A stretch of DNA of 64,000 nucleotides from Podarcis gaigeae (Eukaryota): NCBI GenBank assembly GCA_964106915.2, contig OZ066916.1. One strand, written 5' to 3'. The position numbers and the translations under genes were made by a program. The notes beneath the pieces are model-generated. The model was given only the letters and a program-made list of their open reading frames with translations. It searched no databases and was not told the origin of the DNA. This document shows, piece by piece, positions 12,945 to 26,556 of this stretch. Position 1 is the first letter of the stretch. Each line of letters starts with the position of its first letter.

Positions 12945-13360
12945 CATACATTGTCAAGTGAGTTCCTGATAAGCGGGATCTTCAGCCAGTGTTTGTGCTG
13001 CTTGGCTTCCTTTAATCATACTCCCTTTTGTAAAAGGGATTTTGAGGGGGGAAAGATAAATCATTGCTGAGGAAAAAGGTCATTTTCAAAAGGCTTTAAG
13101 AGCTTCATTTTGTGTGGCTTTTCAAGGTGAAACAGGTAATTCAGTGCAGTGGAAGTCTTTTGTATTCAACTTAATTCACACTTCACACCATCACCAAAAA
13201 AAGAGAAAGAAGTAATGAAATAAGCTTGAACAAAGTCCTTTATTAAAAGTGTTTCCCATACATATGTGAGGTGAATTTTGTTGTTTGCTCACACACAACA
13301 CTGAACATTAAAAAAAGGAAAGAAACTTATTTAAAGGTGTTTAGCCAGGCTTTCACTCAC

Positions 13361-13524
13361 CTATTGCTCCACTTTCGGTGTATTTTATTTGCTCCAGTAA
13401 AAAAGAAAAAGAAAATGAAACCACGACTCCTTTCCTCCAGTCATCATTTCTGTATTCCCTTCCCTGGTGTACAGATGCACATTTTCAGGCATGGATTTGG
13501 ATAAAATGACCAGTGAGCCTACCG
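13361..13524 (-). other. Candidate non-coding exon (164 nt)
   Basis: Minus-strand acceptor TTTCTTTTCCTCAG and donor TAG|GTGAGT; stops in all three frames. Confidence 0.25.
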
Positions 13525-15486
13525 CTGAGGAAAAGAAATCCAGAATAGACACATTTGTATTCTACGAAGGTGAAATGAAGAAGAGCCTTCCTATCTCTAT
13601 CTCTGCATCTATATCCTGCTGTTTTTACAAGTTGGCCAGGAAAATAATTGTTTTGCTCAAGTACTGGTTAGAAAACAGGGAAAAAAAATATTATGAAGAG
13701 ACATAGTCAGTAGGAGAGGAAACAAATATGTGGTGCAGATGTGGGATGCTATGGAGATTAGATAAGGCAAGCCTCAGATATTGCTCTGTGTTACAGTGGT
13801 TAAAATCTGAGATTTCATTTCTTTTAGTGAAAGTAAAGATACCTGTCAATTAAAGAAATGTGTTTCATCCACCCCAAAATAAACATTTCATGGTACTTTG
13901 TAATGACAAAAGGCTAATGTTTTGTGATTGGTATATTGTGCAGTACATTTTATGTAAGCAATGCATAATAGAATATATCATTCAGCCAAACAGAAAATTC
14001 CAGTGAAAGCTATTATATGAAACGACTGATAGTTGAATTAAAATTCAATAAAGCAATGGAAGACTTAAAAAAAATTCAACAGGAACAAATATTTTGATGA
14101 AATCAGCATTTATTTCAAGACAATTCAAGAAAAGTTTTACAGTTTCATTACTGTGCTTTTCTGATTTCTTTGTGACCGGTTATTTAAAAATGAGAATGAA
14201 AATCGCCTCCTTTCCCTAACGTATCCTCAAACCTGCACAGATAATTGGGAATGGGGGTGGTTGCCTTTTAGGATGTTGATAGAGTAATTTGTTGCTATGA
14301 TATAGGAAGCCATGATAGTTTGATCCTATGGCATTTGATTAGTGATGCTTGCGGAATTCCTTCTTTGCAAGCACACAGACACCACACATACAGGGAGAGA
14401 GAGGTGCACACCCCAGAATGTTTATAACAATTCACATTTTAGGGGGAAAATATGAATGTGTATTTTGTGACATAAAATAAATTTGAAAACATTTATTGAA
14501 ATACATATTGAGAAAAAATTGTATGAATTAAATAAAAATTTACAGTAATGCAGAAATGGGATGGAAAAATACATGTGAAACAGACACAGACTGTAAAACA
14601 GCCTGATTTATCCCTCTTTTTAATATAGCAGTAGGCTATGATATGGGTTCTGATGCTTCACTGGATAATGACTTACAACACAGGAATGGCGTGACTAATT
14701 CCATGTCTAAGTAACTTTAGAGTTCTCTCCCCTTAATGCTGTGTATTGTGGAAAACACAGAAATACTGATAAATGAGAGAAGCGCGTTTTGCGATCACAT
14801 TTTCCCTAATATAAAAAAAGGCAATGCACTTTAAAATTTCTTAAGGAGAGGGCAGCAACAGATACTTGGATGTACTACTTTTGAAATGGTTACTTTTGAA
14901 GGGAGTAAACAAAAGAGTGTGACAGTTCCACTACAAGAAACGAGCACATGCAGAATTCAACAGCGTTTGTTACAGGCAATCCTTTCATGCAGGGCAAATA
15001 GGACTTTCAAAGGTTTGCTTCAGCTGCTGCAAGGAACTTGAAAGAACAACCAGCACTTCCACTGAAGATCAAAAAGTCTAAACTCCGAGGTCTAGCATTG
15101 GATTCCATGTCTGAGTGTAGTCATGCTCTAGTAGCACAGCGGAGTATTGTAATTTTTCTTTTCTGCAAGAATATTAACGGAGTTCATTTCTCCACAGCAG
15201 AATCCCATCAGAGCCAAGTGCCTGTGCAGGGAGCATGTGCACATCACTCCTGGTAACAGGGGAAGTTATGCTCCAGTCAATAGAAAATGAAGGACTACTT
15301 ATTACTGTCATATGGGTAATGGGCACTTTAATTTGTATGGAAGATTCCAAGATAAAAGAACATTTGTCCTTTCTTTCCCCCCAAGCTGGGGTGGGGAAGA
15401 AGCAATTTTATTTGTGCAAAAAAGCAGCGTAGAGAGTCAATGGGGGAGATAATAGTTGACCATGGGGAATTTCATGAACGTATATA

Positions 15487-15703
15487 AAGTGGTACATCTG
15501 GTTACGAACTTAATTCATTCCGGAGGTCTGTTCTTAACCTGAAACCGTTCTTAACCTGAGGTACCACTTTGGCTAATGGGGCCTCCCGCTGCTACTGCCG
15601 TGCGATTTCTGTTCTCATCCTGAGGTAAAGTTCTTAACCTGAGGTACTATGTCCGGGTTATCCGAGTCTGTAACCCGAGGTCTTGTAACCTGAGGTACCA
15701 CTG
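15487..15703. mobile_element. Tc1/mariner (Tigger-like) MITE
   Basis: TIRs (C/A)AGTGGTAC and GTACCACTG; TA on the left, mutated CA on the right; internal TTCTTAACCTGAGGTAC repeats. Confidence 0.88.
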
Positions 15704-15893
15704 CAGAGTGGATCAGGAAGGTTTATATAAATTTAGGGCCTGGTTCAGCAGAAGGGATTCACTATCCGCAGAGATTCCGTGATCGATCCATATTCCAGGT
15801 AATGAGGTCCTGCTTGCAAGTTCAAACTTCTGTGGAAGCCAAAACAACTTCCATACAAAGTGTGGTCTTTGGAGAGGTAACTCTAGAGCTTTT

Positions 15894-15982
15894 GGCTCCA
15901 TCCTAAATACAGTTACTAGGGAGTGGTTCCCATTAAACTCAGCTGGACATACTTCTGGGTAGACATGCCCAAAGTTGGGCTG
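15894..15982. mobile_element. Short palindromic MITE, same family as 5097-5170
   Basis: GGCTCCATCCTAAATACAGTTACTAGGGAGT..CCCATTAAACTCAGCTGGACATACTTCTGGGTAGACATG. Confidence 0.6.
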
Positions 15983-18494
15983 CTAGGTTTTCTTTTTTTA
16001 AAAAAAGTCTCTCTCTTTAATGGCATCTGGGAAATTAGCAAAACAATTCTGTTCTGCTTTGGGAACGAGTCCTTCTGTGTTGTTTACTGCATTTTGCAAT
16101 TTTATTTGATTTTTATTTATGGTTTATGTGCTGCTGTTTAATCAAAATATTTTTATGTTGAAATATCATAATTATTTGATCAGCACTTTGGGAATTTGGA
16201 CTAAAAAGGGGAACGGATAAATCATGTAAAATAGGTAAATAAATTAGTGTGCTTTGGCGCTTTAACAGAAATGTCTATGTTGGATTTTTTAATGTAGCTT
16301 TGATGGCTTTCCCTAGGGTCCCTATTTCAAAACAACTCCTGGATTGGGAATCTGTGTTGTTGTTTTTTATCTTTATACCTGCCCCTGTCATCTGTCTCTC
16401 TCCTTACAAGAAATTCCATGAAGTCCATGGCAGAATATTATATATACACACACACAATACAGAATTCTTTATTTGGATTCCGAATGGAAGCAGGTGCCAT
16501 CACAAAATGAGAATGCGCAATTGTGAAATGAACACAATATAGCAATATAATACAGAATTGTAATGACAACCAGCAAGGCAGAAAAAGAAACATACGGACA
16601 ACAAGGTGTGAGTTACAAATCAGGCAGTGAGGCCAGGTCCTGACTGGGGCCAGAAAAGAAGAATTGATCATACCTCTTGCTGGTTGGTTTTAGTGAGGGG
16701 ATTAAAGGTGAGGAGAGTAAGAAATGAATGAATAAAAACAAATTATGTGGAAAGCTTTGTAAAGAACCAGCAGATGATTTTTGAAAGTTCAATTCCACCT
16801 TAAATAAGATGGAAGAATTTCCTGCCTATTAACATTAGGCATGTACCCTCATTGTATTATTTTCGACATCTACCAAGAACTTTTCCATTTAGGCACACCT
16901 ACAAAGCCCTGCAATGTTATTACATTCATTAAAATTGTTTTAAAATTGTTGATTTTTAATTACATTGCATTTCAGTATGTCTGCTAATTTTATTGCATTG
17001 TCTATGGTTCTATGTAAACAGCTTCAAGGTTTTTCCTCATTAAGTGGTATGTAATCATTGTTAAAATAAAGAAATAAATTTCTGGAGAACAAAATTCTCC
17101 AGAATTTCTGGAGAACAATAAAATAAAATAAATACAATTTTTTAATGTAGAAATTGTTCATTTTCATTTTTATATAGGATGTACATTTTTCTTCTTCTGT
17201 AGGACACACTTTTCTAGTCAATAACATTTTAAGCAAAACCAGTCCCTCCTCCCCAAATTCATTTTTAAAAGGACATTTTCTCCTTCTTTCATTAGAAAGG
17301 ATGAATCAAGATGTCATCTGTTTGACTGAATACAACGTATCAGGACTAATGGATGATTATTGCTGGAGGGCAAGATGGATGCTAAATAAATCAAGAAAAA
17401 ATGTAGCTACTTTTATTTTATTATTCTATCTGCACTCTTAAAGAATAAAATATTATTTGGGTGGGTAATAAGGAATCAAAACATTTCTCTTTCACTTGCA
17501 ATCAAATTACTTCTCTTTTAAAAACTTGCTCAATAAAGGATATGTGTTTTATAAGGATGGATATGTCCCAATCAGAATGTGTCATTTTGAAATACTTTGA
17601 GTGATCAAAAATACAAATACATGCTGCCAAATGCAGCACAGGATAATCCACAGATTCTAAAGCACAACAGGGACATGTACAAATGCCTAGTTTATAAGCA
17701 AACCTCTGAGTTTGTAAGAGTTATTCCTCTTTCTTCTTTATTTTAGCTAGAATTAACTATTCTCCCCTACATTCTTAATTCATTTTAAACCAAACTATCT
17801 ACCAATTATATGTAAAGATAAGAAGGATTTCCAATATGGCAAGATAATAATTTCCATGGCACTCACTATTTAACATGAATTGTAGGGAAAGAATTTGCAA
17901 TGCCATTTATCGTATTTACAGTATGGGAAGAAAAGACCCTAAAGGCATAATGGATTCTTTCAGATGTCTGGATGCTTTTTCTGAAGATTAGCAGGTAATT
18001 ATCTGCTTTTAAAAAAATATTGCACTTGGGTTTAGGAACATCACAAGGAAAAGATATTGTCATTTTGATGCCTCGAGTCCCAAATGAACCTCAGAATGGT
18101 ACAGATGCTCGTACATTATAATGCTTTTTTTTTAAAAAAAAGAGCTGGGTTCAAAATTAGTTCAAGTGTAATCACAGAAATATGGAGCAAAAGCCAATTT
18201 ACTAGAAGTCAAAATGCGGTTAATTATATGTTAATCCATGTCTGCATTTGTACGTCTACATTTTGGCTGCATTGAGTGTTTTAAGCCAAGGCACAGTCAA
18301 AATAGACCAATTCACACATGGGACGAGGCTTCCACGTATGGCTCTGTATTGGTTTGGAGAGCCTGGAAAACAAAATCCTGCAGTCTGCCATCATGCTTGG
18401 AACAAAATGTAGGGGAAAACAGTCTCTGCATTATCCTGTTATATTTAGTTAAAGCGCATACACATATCATGTTAGAGCCAGTGGGTTTTGCAGG

Positions 18495-18570
18495 TGCATC
18501 TGTAAGAAACAGGATGTTGGACTTGATCAATCTTTGGCCAAATCCAGCTTGGTGCTCTTTAGGTACTTAG
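18495..18570 (+). mobile_element. CR1 LINE 3' UTR remnant
   Basis: AAACAGGATGTTGGACTTGAT...TGGCCAAATCCAGC...GCTCTT matches the squamate CR1 3' end. Confidence 0.6.
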
Positions 18571-19030
18571 GAGAAAACCCTTACAGTATTGAGTTATTTT
18601 GCCTTCAGTTCAGCATGGTGCAGGAATATAGGAAGGAAGGGAGTCCTCCTCTAGTCTTCCTTTCAAAGCTTTCTGGTCCTTTCCCCAATGTCTGGAACCC
18701 GAGTCTCTTCACTCAGTTTCATTGCCTGTGATTGTGAAAGGACAGGACTTTCAGATCTGTACAGTTATGAGGGGTATCACTCACAAATTCCACCACTGAT
18801 CCAACACACAGGGACTGCATAACTGGGTCTAGTCAGATCACTTCCCCCAAATCACAACACGCTTGTCAATTGATTGGAACGTTGAGAACCTTCTGCTTTT
18901 TGCAGTCTAAATAGTTGAGCACAAAGTTCAAAGCATAAATGCCAGGGCTTGTTCCAGTGTTGATGGGCCTATTGGCAGAATGCCACCCCGACAGGCACCC
19001 TCCTGCTTTGGCAGGCTTCCTCTGCTTCAC

Positions 19031-19095
19031 CTGCAGGGGGTTGGACTAGATGACCCAAAGGACCCCTTCCAACTCTACATTTCTATGATTCTATG
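19031..19095 (+). mobile_element. CR1 LINE extreme 3' end
   Basis: GGGGGTTGGACTAGATGACC...CCCTTCCAACTCTAC followed by (ATTCTATG)2-type octamer tail. Confidence 0.9.
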
Positions 19096-19240
19096 AACAG
19101 CAGCAGTGGCAAGCAGTGGTTTGTGACTGGGTTCTGGCTATTTCCTTTTCCACAATAGCCTGGTCTTTATAACAGTTGTTGCACAATTTTCTACAGATAG
19201 CTCATGGTTGCCTGGATTGGAGAAAGAGCCCTTTCACATT

Positions 19241-19374
19241 NNNNNNNNNNNNNNNNNNNNNNNNNNNNNNNNNNNNNNNNNNNNNNNNNNNNNNNNNNNN
19301 NNNNNNNNNNNNNNNNNNNNNNNNNNNNNNNNNNNNNNNNNNNNNNNNNNNNNNNNNNNNNNNNNNNNNNNNNN
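19241..19374. other. Assembly gap (134 N)
   Basis: N run. Confidence 1.
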
Positions 19375-22115
19375 GCCTTATACTCTTCAATGTTTAAATC
19401 AAGACAAAACAAAGTATTTCTTCACACCTCCATCCTGGCTGGCAACAACCAAGGTGTCACCACTGCCACACTGCCCTTCCCCTCACGTGCTAGTGCTGGT
19501 GTTTGTGCTTAACCCCTGTAGACCATTCTTTCCAAGAAAAGCACACTTCCCCTAACCCCTTTCTCACCTTTCTCATCTGTAGGCAAAGTGGATGTGGTTG
19601 ATGTATTGTGATCAGTTTGTTGGGTCCCAAGTTGTACCGTCTTGGTCTAAAACCTCACCATGGAGATTTATTGCATGCAAAGTGGGCATCACCAGAGTCA
19701 GGAAATGCCAGATTTCTATATTCTTATAGAAGCTGAGAACTCGATGTGGTGTCCTATACCGATGACACAGAGAAACGTTTAATGAACTGTCTGACAATTT
19801 GCCATCCTTATGAGCCCCCTGTGATATTCAGAGTAACCAGTTATAAGGGAGACAACTGCTCCGTCTCTAAGTATCCAGCTGACCAGCCAGCCTGCCAACT
19901 CTAGAGCGGAATTTGTTCATTAGCAAACTCAAGCCAGTCATCAGGATGTGCTCGCAGCATTTATTGCCAACTTAATGTCAGCATAAAATGTCCGCTGAAT
20001 TCCCCCAACAACAGCAGGAGCCGCTAAACCAGCTGAACTTCGGCCACACTACCAAATTAATGGGCAAAATCATTCTGCAAATAACACTTTTGTTTGTGTA
20101 ATAGGGATATTGAACTAAGCACGTCTTCCTCTATGGCCCAACAGTGACTAACTCTGGAGTCTTTGATACTACGGATACAGCAAACAAAAATGACCTCTAA
20201 CGATTTATTTAAACACCAGCTTGTATTTACTGTTACTCAATTTGCACAAATGGAGCAGATATAATTCATTTAATTGGTATGGACTCATCTTTGCTTTGGT
20301 TCTCCTTAGAGAGCCTTGTAGTTTAGGAATTGCAGTATCATTTCTCTAGTGTTTATCCAGTCAATAGCCATAAAGTGCAATTGGTAGCATCTCTCTACAG
20401 TTGCATTGTTTGCAAATAATTAGAACATTGGTTGTCGTTGATCTTAGTGGACTTGCCCATTTTTTACTCTCTCTTTTTTACAGCATATGCATTTGTTATT
20501 AAACTGCAGAGTAAGCACAGAATAAATATGAAAAAACATGCCCATAAATTTAAAAACATCCGTTATAAATCAGCAAAGCCAATAGTGTTTCTAACACCAA
20601 TATTATAAAACACTTCTCAGCCTCCTCTATATGAAACAACAACAAATCAGCCAGCAGTGATTAAGAACTGGCTCAAAATGCAGTGGTTTTTCTGGATAAC
20701 AACAATACAAACCTTCAAAACCCTTAGCCCAACCGTTGAATTGCTTCAGGCACAAATTCAAGACACGGCAGGTGGTCCTTAGGATGGCACAGGATAAATA
20801 GGCCTGATTTGTCGGCCGCAGATCAGGACCATGGGGCAGATGGGTTGGACAAGACCTATCCCAGAAGATGCCATAGTGAAGATGCCAAGTCTCATGCTGT
20901 GCTTCAGACAGCCTAGAGATGGCCTCCCCAAATTATCTTAAGGTATGCTGCAGGAACATTTAGAATCAGAATCAGCTGCAAACTGAATCTGATCTTGCTT
21001 CAGGGGGATTCAAGACGGGCTTGTCCTTTAACCAAAGGAGGTCTTAGGTGGGTTGCAGGTGTTGGGAAGCAAAGCAGGTAATATGCATTGAGTGAAGACA
21101 TCCGTACCCTTTCATTACTGTGTACAGCAACATAAAAATCTTACTTGAAACAATGAGGAAAAACAGCATTGCGGCATTCTAAGCTGCTAATGTATACACA
21201 GCTCCCTTGCCCATCCTTCTCTTTCTCTCTTTCTCCATATTATGTCTACATGTATCTACATTCAGCAGAATTGCCTCCATTATGTTCTGAGCAATGCAAA
21301 GAACTGGGGAGGAGGATAATTTTTTTGCTTGGAGTTATCAAAAATGGGCTGGAATCGTTTCAAATCGAGATAATTTTTATTGCTGAAAATGATTCTAAAG
21401 GTGATTTGACCCAGGAAAGGAGAAGCTGCAACCATTGGGCATCTTTTGGGATCATTTTCTCATTTTAGGATTTATATACTGGGACAAGAAAGGGAGGTCA
21501 TTTCCAGGGAGTGAGATTCAAACTTTTCGGCCAGCCACAGCCATGGCTGAAATGACCCTATGTTAGACAACAAGAAGATGCACAATTCTGAGAAGTAGGA
21601 CTTTTTGAAAAATGGCTATCATAGCTTGCTACTAAACCCAGCTCTCTAGAATCATTTTCAGCAGTAACAACAACCAATCCCAAACACTATTAACTACTCC
21701 ACACCCCAAAATTTTCCACTCCTGACTTGGGCACAGTAATATACGCTCGCTGTTTGTAACTTGTGGCAACAATGACTGGGGGCTGCAGCGGTACTCTGAA
21801 GTTTTAAAAGTGCACTCTTCCAAGATTACTAATCAGCTCATTAAATACTTAAATTGTCATAATCTCATGTCACAGTCCTTAATGTCATCAGATATCACTT
21901 CTCTCTGGAAATCTGCTAATTGTTAAAACATACTCGCTCCGCTTCATGATAGGTACTTTATATAGTCGTCAGTTCAGGAGACTAGCCTACTTTGAATTCA
22001 GCGATAGCAACCTTAATGTTCCCAAATCTGACAAATGAAGCATGTGGGCTCCTGTTTCTTTATGCCAGTAGTGCCTAAGTTTGGATCCAAAAGGCCTAGG
22101 TGAGGAGATGTAGGG

Positions 22116-22448
22116 CAGCAGGGGGGAACTTCAGGCTCAGGGACCAAATACAGCCCGCCATGCTTCTCTACCTAGTCCTTATGACTCTCCTTAGGCCACA
22201 CTCCATTCCCAGAACATGCCCCTCCCCTATCCTGCTCCACACCCTTCTTGAGTGCTTTTGGCTGGCCGAAGGGTGTCCTTGAACTGTGATGATGTCGCAT
22301 GCTCATCTGGAGCCCAAAGGGTACAGTCTCATTCATTGTTCAATCCACTTTTGCACTGACCAAACTTGCCACTGGTATGTGCCCCCACCCAAAAAGTTCC
22401 CCACAAAGGAGTGTGGCCCTCAAGCTCCAGCAGTTTTCCTGCCCCTGG
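22116..22448 (+). mobile_element. Old hAT-type MITE
   Basis: Ends CAGCAGGGGGGAAC and TTTTCCTGCCCCTG; the internal GGCCACAC..CCCTGCTC...GTGTCCTTGAAC segment is shared with ~24150-24310. Confidence 0.55.
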
Positions 22449-22479
22449 ACCATCAGGTTGTTAAGTTCATCAGGTCCTA

Positions 22480-22610
22480 GCAAGTGCTCTGCTTGATGAG
22501 ACGAAAGACTGTCTAGTCTACCATCCTTTTCTCACAGTGGCCAACCATAGACCTAGGGGAGCCCCCCAGCAGGACCAGAGCTCAACAGCACCCTGTCTGC
22601 TTGTGATTGA
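22480..22610 (-). mobile_element. CR1 3' UTR remnant
   Basis: TCTAGTCTACCATCCTTTTCTCACAGTGGCCAACCA..AGCAGGAC, similar to 42430-42480. Confidence 0.65.
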
Positions 22611-24144
22611 CATGGCTGAATAGCTACCAAATCCCACACCTTCTAAAGGGGTGCACTGCTGACCCTCAGAGCATCCTGGTCCTCTTCCTCCTCCTTTTCG
22701 CCTACTCACCTACTCCTACTCAGCTACCCTTTCTGAGCATTAAAAATGTGACAATGGTAAGAGGGAAAAGGAGGAGCATCTTCCCCTTGCCTTTCGTTCT
22801 ATTCTCCCTCTGGGCTGTAGTGCAAACAGACCCAGATGAAGAAGGCAAGTGAATGGGCAGCTGTGATACTGGTGAGGAAACAGGTCTATTTGGCTCTCCA
22901 TGAAAACTTTGTTTTTAAAGGGACCTCTGAAACTGTGATTCATCAGAACAAGGAAATGACCGCAGGCTGCAATTACAGGGGTAGTCTCTCACATAAAACG
23001 AACTAATTCTCGCTGACTTCACAATGTGAAGCAGAGGGGAAGTTTTACATCACTGCAAATAGTAATACTTTTACATACATATTTTATGAGCCAGGTGACA
23101 AAGGTATTCAAAATGTTCTGGAAATGTGTACATCTGCTCTCTGAATTCAAGTTAATCACACTCAAACATTTTGCAGGAGAAATGGAGCTGTGGGCGTATA
23201 GTTGTCGTCTGAGAGGTAAAGCTGATACTAATTTTATAGGTTACACTGATCGGTGCTCCCTGTGAAATAGCTCTCTAGTTGGGAAAAGAATAAAGTTAGA
23301 TTTAAAAGGCCACACTGATATATACTGTGGCATGCCAACCCAATCTCTAAGTGGTGCAGTTTCCTCAGAATGAGGGACAGAGGAGACTATGGTGTCCTTA
23401 TGAAAATATGGTTTATTTATACAGTACATATATACAAGAGCCTACAGTGGAGGGGCTCACAGCATTCACACTGGAATAAGGTATTGCTTCTCCCACAGCC
23501 ACAGCCTTGGATTCCAGTAGAAAGCAGGCATGGTTCTGTCTCTACCTGCAGCCTTGCTATAAACCTCAACTCTCAACTCTGGCCTTAGTCTTTCTAACTA
23601 CCAGTGAGCTGAGGGCCATTACCTGACCAGGAAGCTAGCCTGGCTATTCCAGGAATTGAATCCCTGCTGGAGCCAGGAATTAAAGGGGTCACAGGCATAC
23701 AGTCTACCCTTTCAACTCATAACAATATTAATGTGGTTCTTGCCTCTTTTTAAATTTATTGTTGACAGATACTTCCTAAGAGATGCCCAGCTCTTTACAC
23801 AACACAGCTTTGAAAGATAATGTAGAGGCTAGGTCAAAGCGATTTCTAGATCTGGAATTCTTTTATTGACATTTTCTGTGTTCTATTAAGTTGTTGCATC
23901 AAATCCTGCATGCAAGGTCATGCATAGGTGCTGTTAACACAGATCTTTACATATTTAAAAATACATATTTTGGAAATTATATTTCTAGAGAGGAATTCAA
24001 TGGCAGCTTCTGAATGATAATTTGTGGGTACAATCGAAACTACAGTGTGGAGAATAATGGAATAAGATCCCTGCTGGATCAGATCAAAGCCCATCTTCCT
24101 GAGCATTCTGCACTGCAAGGGGGAGCACTCATCACTGAACATGC

Positions 24145-24330
24145 CTGAAAATGGGAAAGCCCGGGGCCAGGGGTCAAATATGGACTTCTCTCTGTCTGAC
24201 CCTCAAGATTCTCCCCATACCACATTCCTCTCCAGACCATGTCCCTCATGGGCCCTGCTCTGCACTCTCCATGAGAACTTTTACCTGCCTGGCATGTGCC
24301 CCTGAGATATCATCATGCCTCTTGCTTGCC
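24145..24330 (+). mobile_element. Old hAT-type MITE fragment (family of 22116-22448)
   Basis: GGGGTCAAAT..CTCTCTGTCTGACCCTC..CTCCCCA..CCAC..GGCCCTGCTCTGCAC shared by eye. Confidence 0.45.
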
Positions 24331-24739
24331 TGAATAAGCACCTCTGTGTAGAAACCACTGACTTCTGATAGGGTAGGATGTAGCCTGCTGCACAAAAGTG
24401 AGAGTTATACCTGTTGTTCTGTGCATGTTTGTCTCTGACTATACCCACCACTGGCGGCAGAGGGTACAACTTAGACTCTTACAAAGCAGTCGCTGGAAGG
24501 TTGCTTACAAGTAAATGTAGCCCTTGTGCTGAAAAAGACTGTTTCCCCACTCTTGTTGTATGGAGTATTTGCTCTCTGCTTGTTTTTAAGACTGCCAGAA
24601 TTGCCAGATGAAAAAAAGAAGGGTTGTACAGCTTCCCCCTTCCTTTTGTCCAAATCACTAGGTTTCTTTCACAGTGGTGGTGGTTGATCATAACTTATAA
24701 ATGTCACATCATGTATAGAATTCACTGCCATAAAACCAA

Positions 24740-25085
24740 ACATCATTTTAAGGTTCTCTGGACTGCCACTTTGTCGATCAGTTCCTCCCAGTTGGTGAGG
24801 ACCAGGTCCAAGAGAGATGACCCCCTTGTTGCTTCTTCCACCTTCTGGGAAATGAAATTGTTGGCACAGCAATTAAGGAATTTGTTGGACCTTACGCTCT
24901 TGGTAGAGTTGGAGTTCCAAGAGATATTGGTGTAGATGAACTCCCCCATGACTACAATGTCTTAACTTTTTGAATGCTTGGTAATCTGCTGTAGGAAGGC
25001 ATCATCCAAGTCTTCAGTCTGGCTTAGGCAGACTGTATAGAAGACACCCACAGTAAGGTCACTGTTGTTTCCCACTCCTACAATT
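24740..25085 (-). mobile_element. CR1 LINE ORF2 apurinic-endonuclease fragment (decayed)
   Basis: Translation SNKFLNCCANNFISQKVEEATRGSSLLDLVLTNWEELI; upstream EDLDDAFLQQI and IVVMG motifs typical of CR1 APE. Confidence 0.9.
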
Positions 25086-26049
25086 TTTTTGGATTCATAA
25101 ATTTACTTGAAGCCTTCAAATTGCTAACTTTAGAGCCACTTGCATAGCAGATTACAGCTTGTTTGTAATATCACATCTGCAGACACCTGTTGGTACACAT
25201 AGATAATAGCTGATTTCAGAAAAGATGGGACAGGACGTGTCTGGTTTTTGTTTTGCTTTTCCTGAGCCAAAATTTAGTCATCTGATTGTGAAAGAGCTGT
25301 TGGAAATTCTCAGAGATAATAATGTTGGGATAATTGCTTTATGCAAGTATTATCAATTGATTTAAATGGTCCACAATGAGCATCTATTTTTCTGCATATT
25401 AGGCATTACAAGAATAACCATGCTTGAGTTGATGATGCACGGAAAAAAACAAGTAATTATGAAACTAATATAGGCAAACACACAAGTGTTGCTGGGTGGG
25501 GAGAGAAGAAAACAATGAATAAATCATTTATACAGAATTATTTTTTAAGGCCTTATTTGAATAGACACCTCAGGTGTTGCTGAATGGGTGCCTGAGACTC
25601 CTGCTTTTCAATCACAGCCAATGTCAGGGTTCTCAATTGATGGCAGGATTCTGCTGAATTTTAATTTCCAACTGCAATGCTTTGAACAATATTGTTGAAC
25701 TAAAAATTGTGGGTTTTTTATATATGTTGTTCTTTTCATCATTAAATTGCTTCATGATGTCTCATGGGAAGTGATTTGTAAAGAAAACTATAAATAAACA
25801 ACTCTGCATCCAATTTTGCAATCAAAGAGCTGACTACCGATAATGGCAAACATGGGTTTCTCTCTGAGCAACACTTCCTGTGACTTGGACTTTAGTTAGC
25901 ATGGGTGTGTTGATTTTCTCAGCCTACCACGGCACTACTTCATGATGCAGTGTGATTCCATTAGCACATTTGGACTGAAGAAGGTTAACATCCTGCTTGT
26001 TGTAAATCTTATGTCAATTGAAGGGGCAAATCTTATGCCAATTGAAGGG

Positions 26050-26335
26050 GAAGGCCTGGCACCTAAAGATAAGTAATGAAGGCGCAAGGTAAGCCTTCCT
26101 GGCGAGGGCATTCGTCAAATGGGAAGCCATGGCAGAAAAGGCCCATTCTTCTGTTGCCACCCTCCAGGCCTCTTGTGGAGGAGGCTCAGAAAGTAGAGCC
26201 TCAGATGATGAACACAGGGTCTGGGCCAGTTCATATGAGAAGAAGCAGTTCATGAGGTATTGCAGTCCTGAGCCATTTAAGGCATTATAGGTCAAAGCCA
26301 GCACTTTGAATTAGGCCCAGAAACTAATGGGTTTC
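26050..26335 (-). mobile_element. L2 LINE 3' ORF2 fragment
   Basis: FKVLALTYNALNGSGLQYL...AFSAMASHL.NAL...LAPSLLIFRCQA, the typical L2 C-terminus. Confidence 0.88.
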
Positions 26336-26556
26336 TTGGGACTCTACATAAGAACCCTCCAATGGCACCTTCCTTGATCACTTTGGCCTGGTTAGGATGT
26401 AAAATTAGGTAAAATTAACATTATTTACTCCACCCACTTTTGCCTCTGGCCTCCAGAAGGTTGCTGGAAAAGATTCCCAACCACCGGAAGGCCCATATAT
26501 AGACTGATTAGAGACTCTTTCATAATCAGGATTCCTGAAATTATATGAGCATAGCT

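Noticed and set aside
12473-13070. Long ORFs of 100-162 aa
   Set aside because: Artefacts of translating through the N gap; the same applies at 19176-19555.
26004-26050. 23-bp tandem direct duplication at the L2 edge
   Set aside because: Ordinary short tandem duplication; not a TSD because the copies are adjacent.
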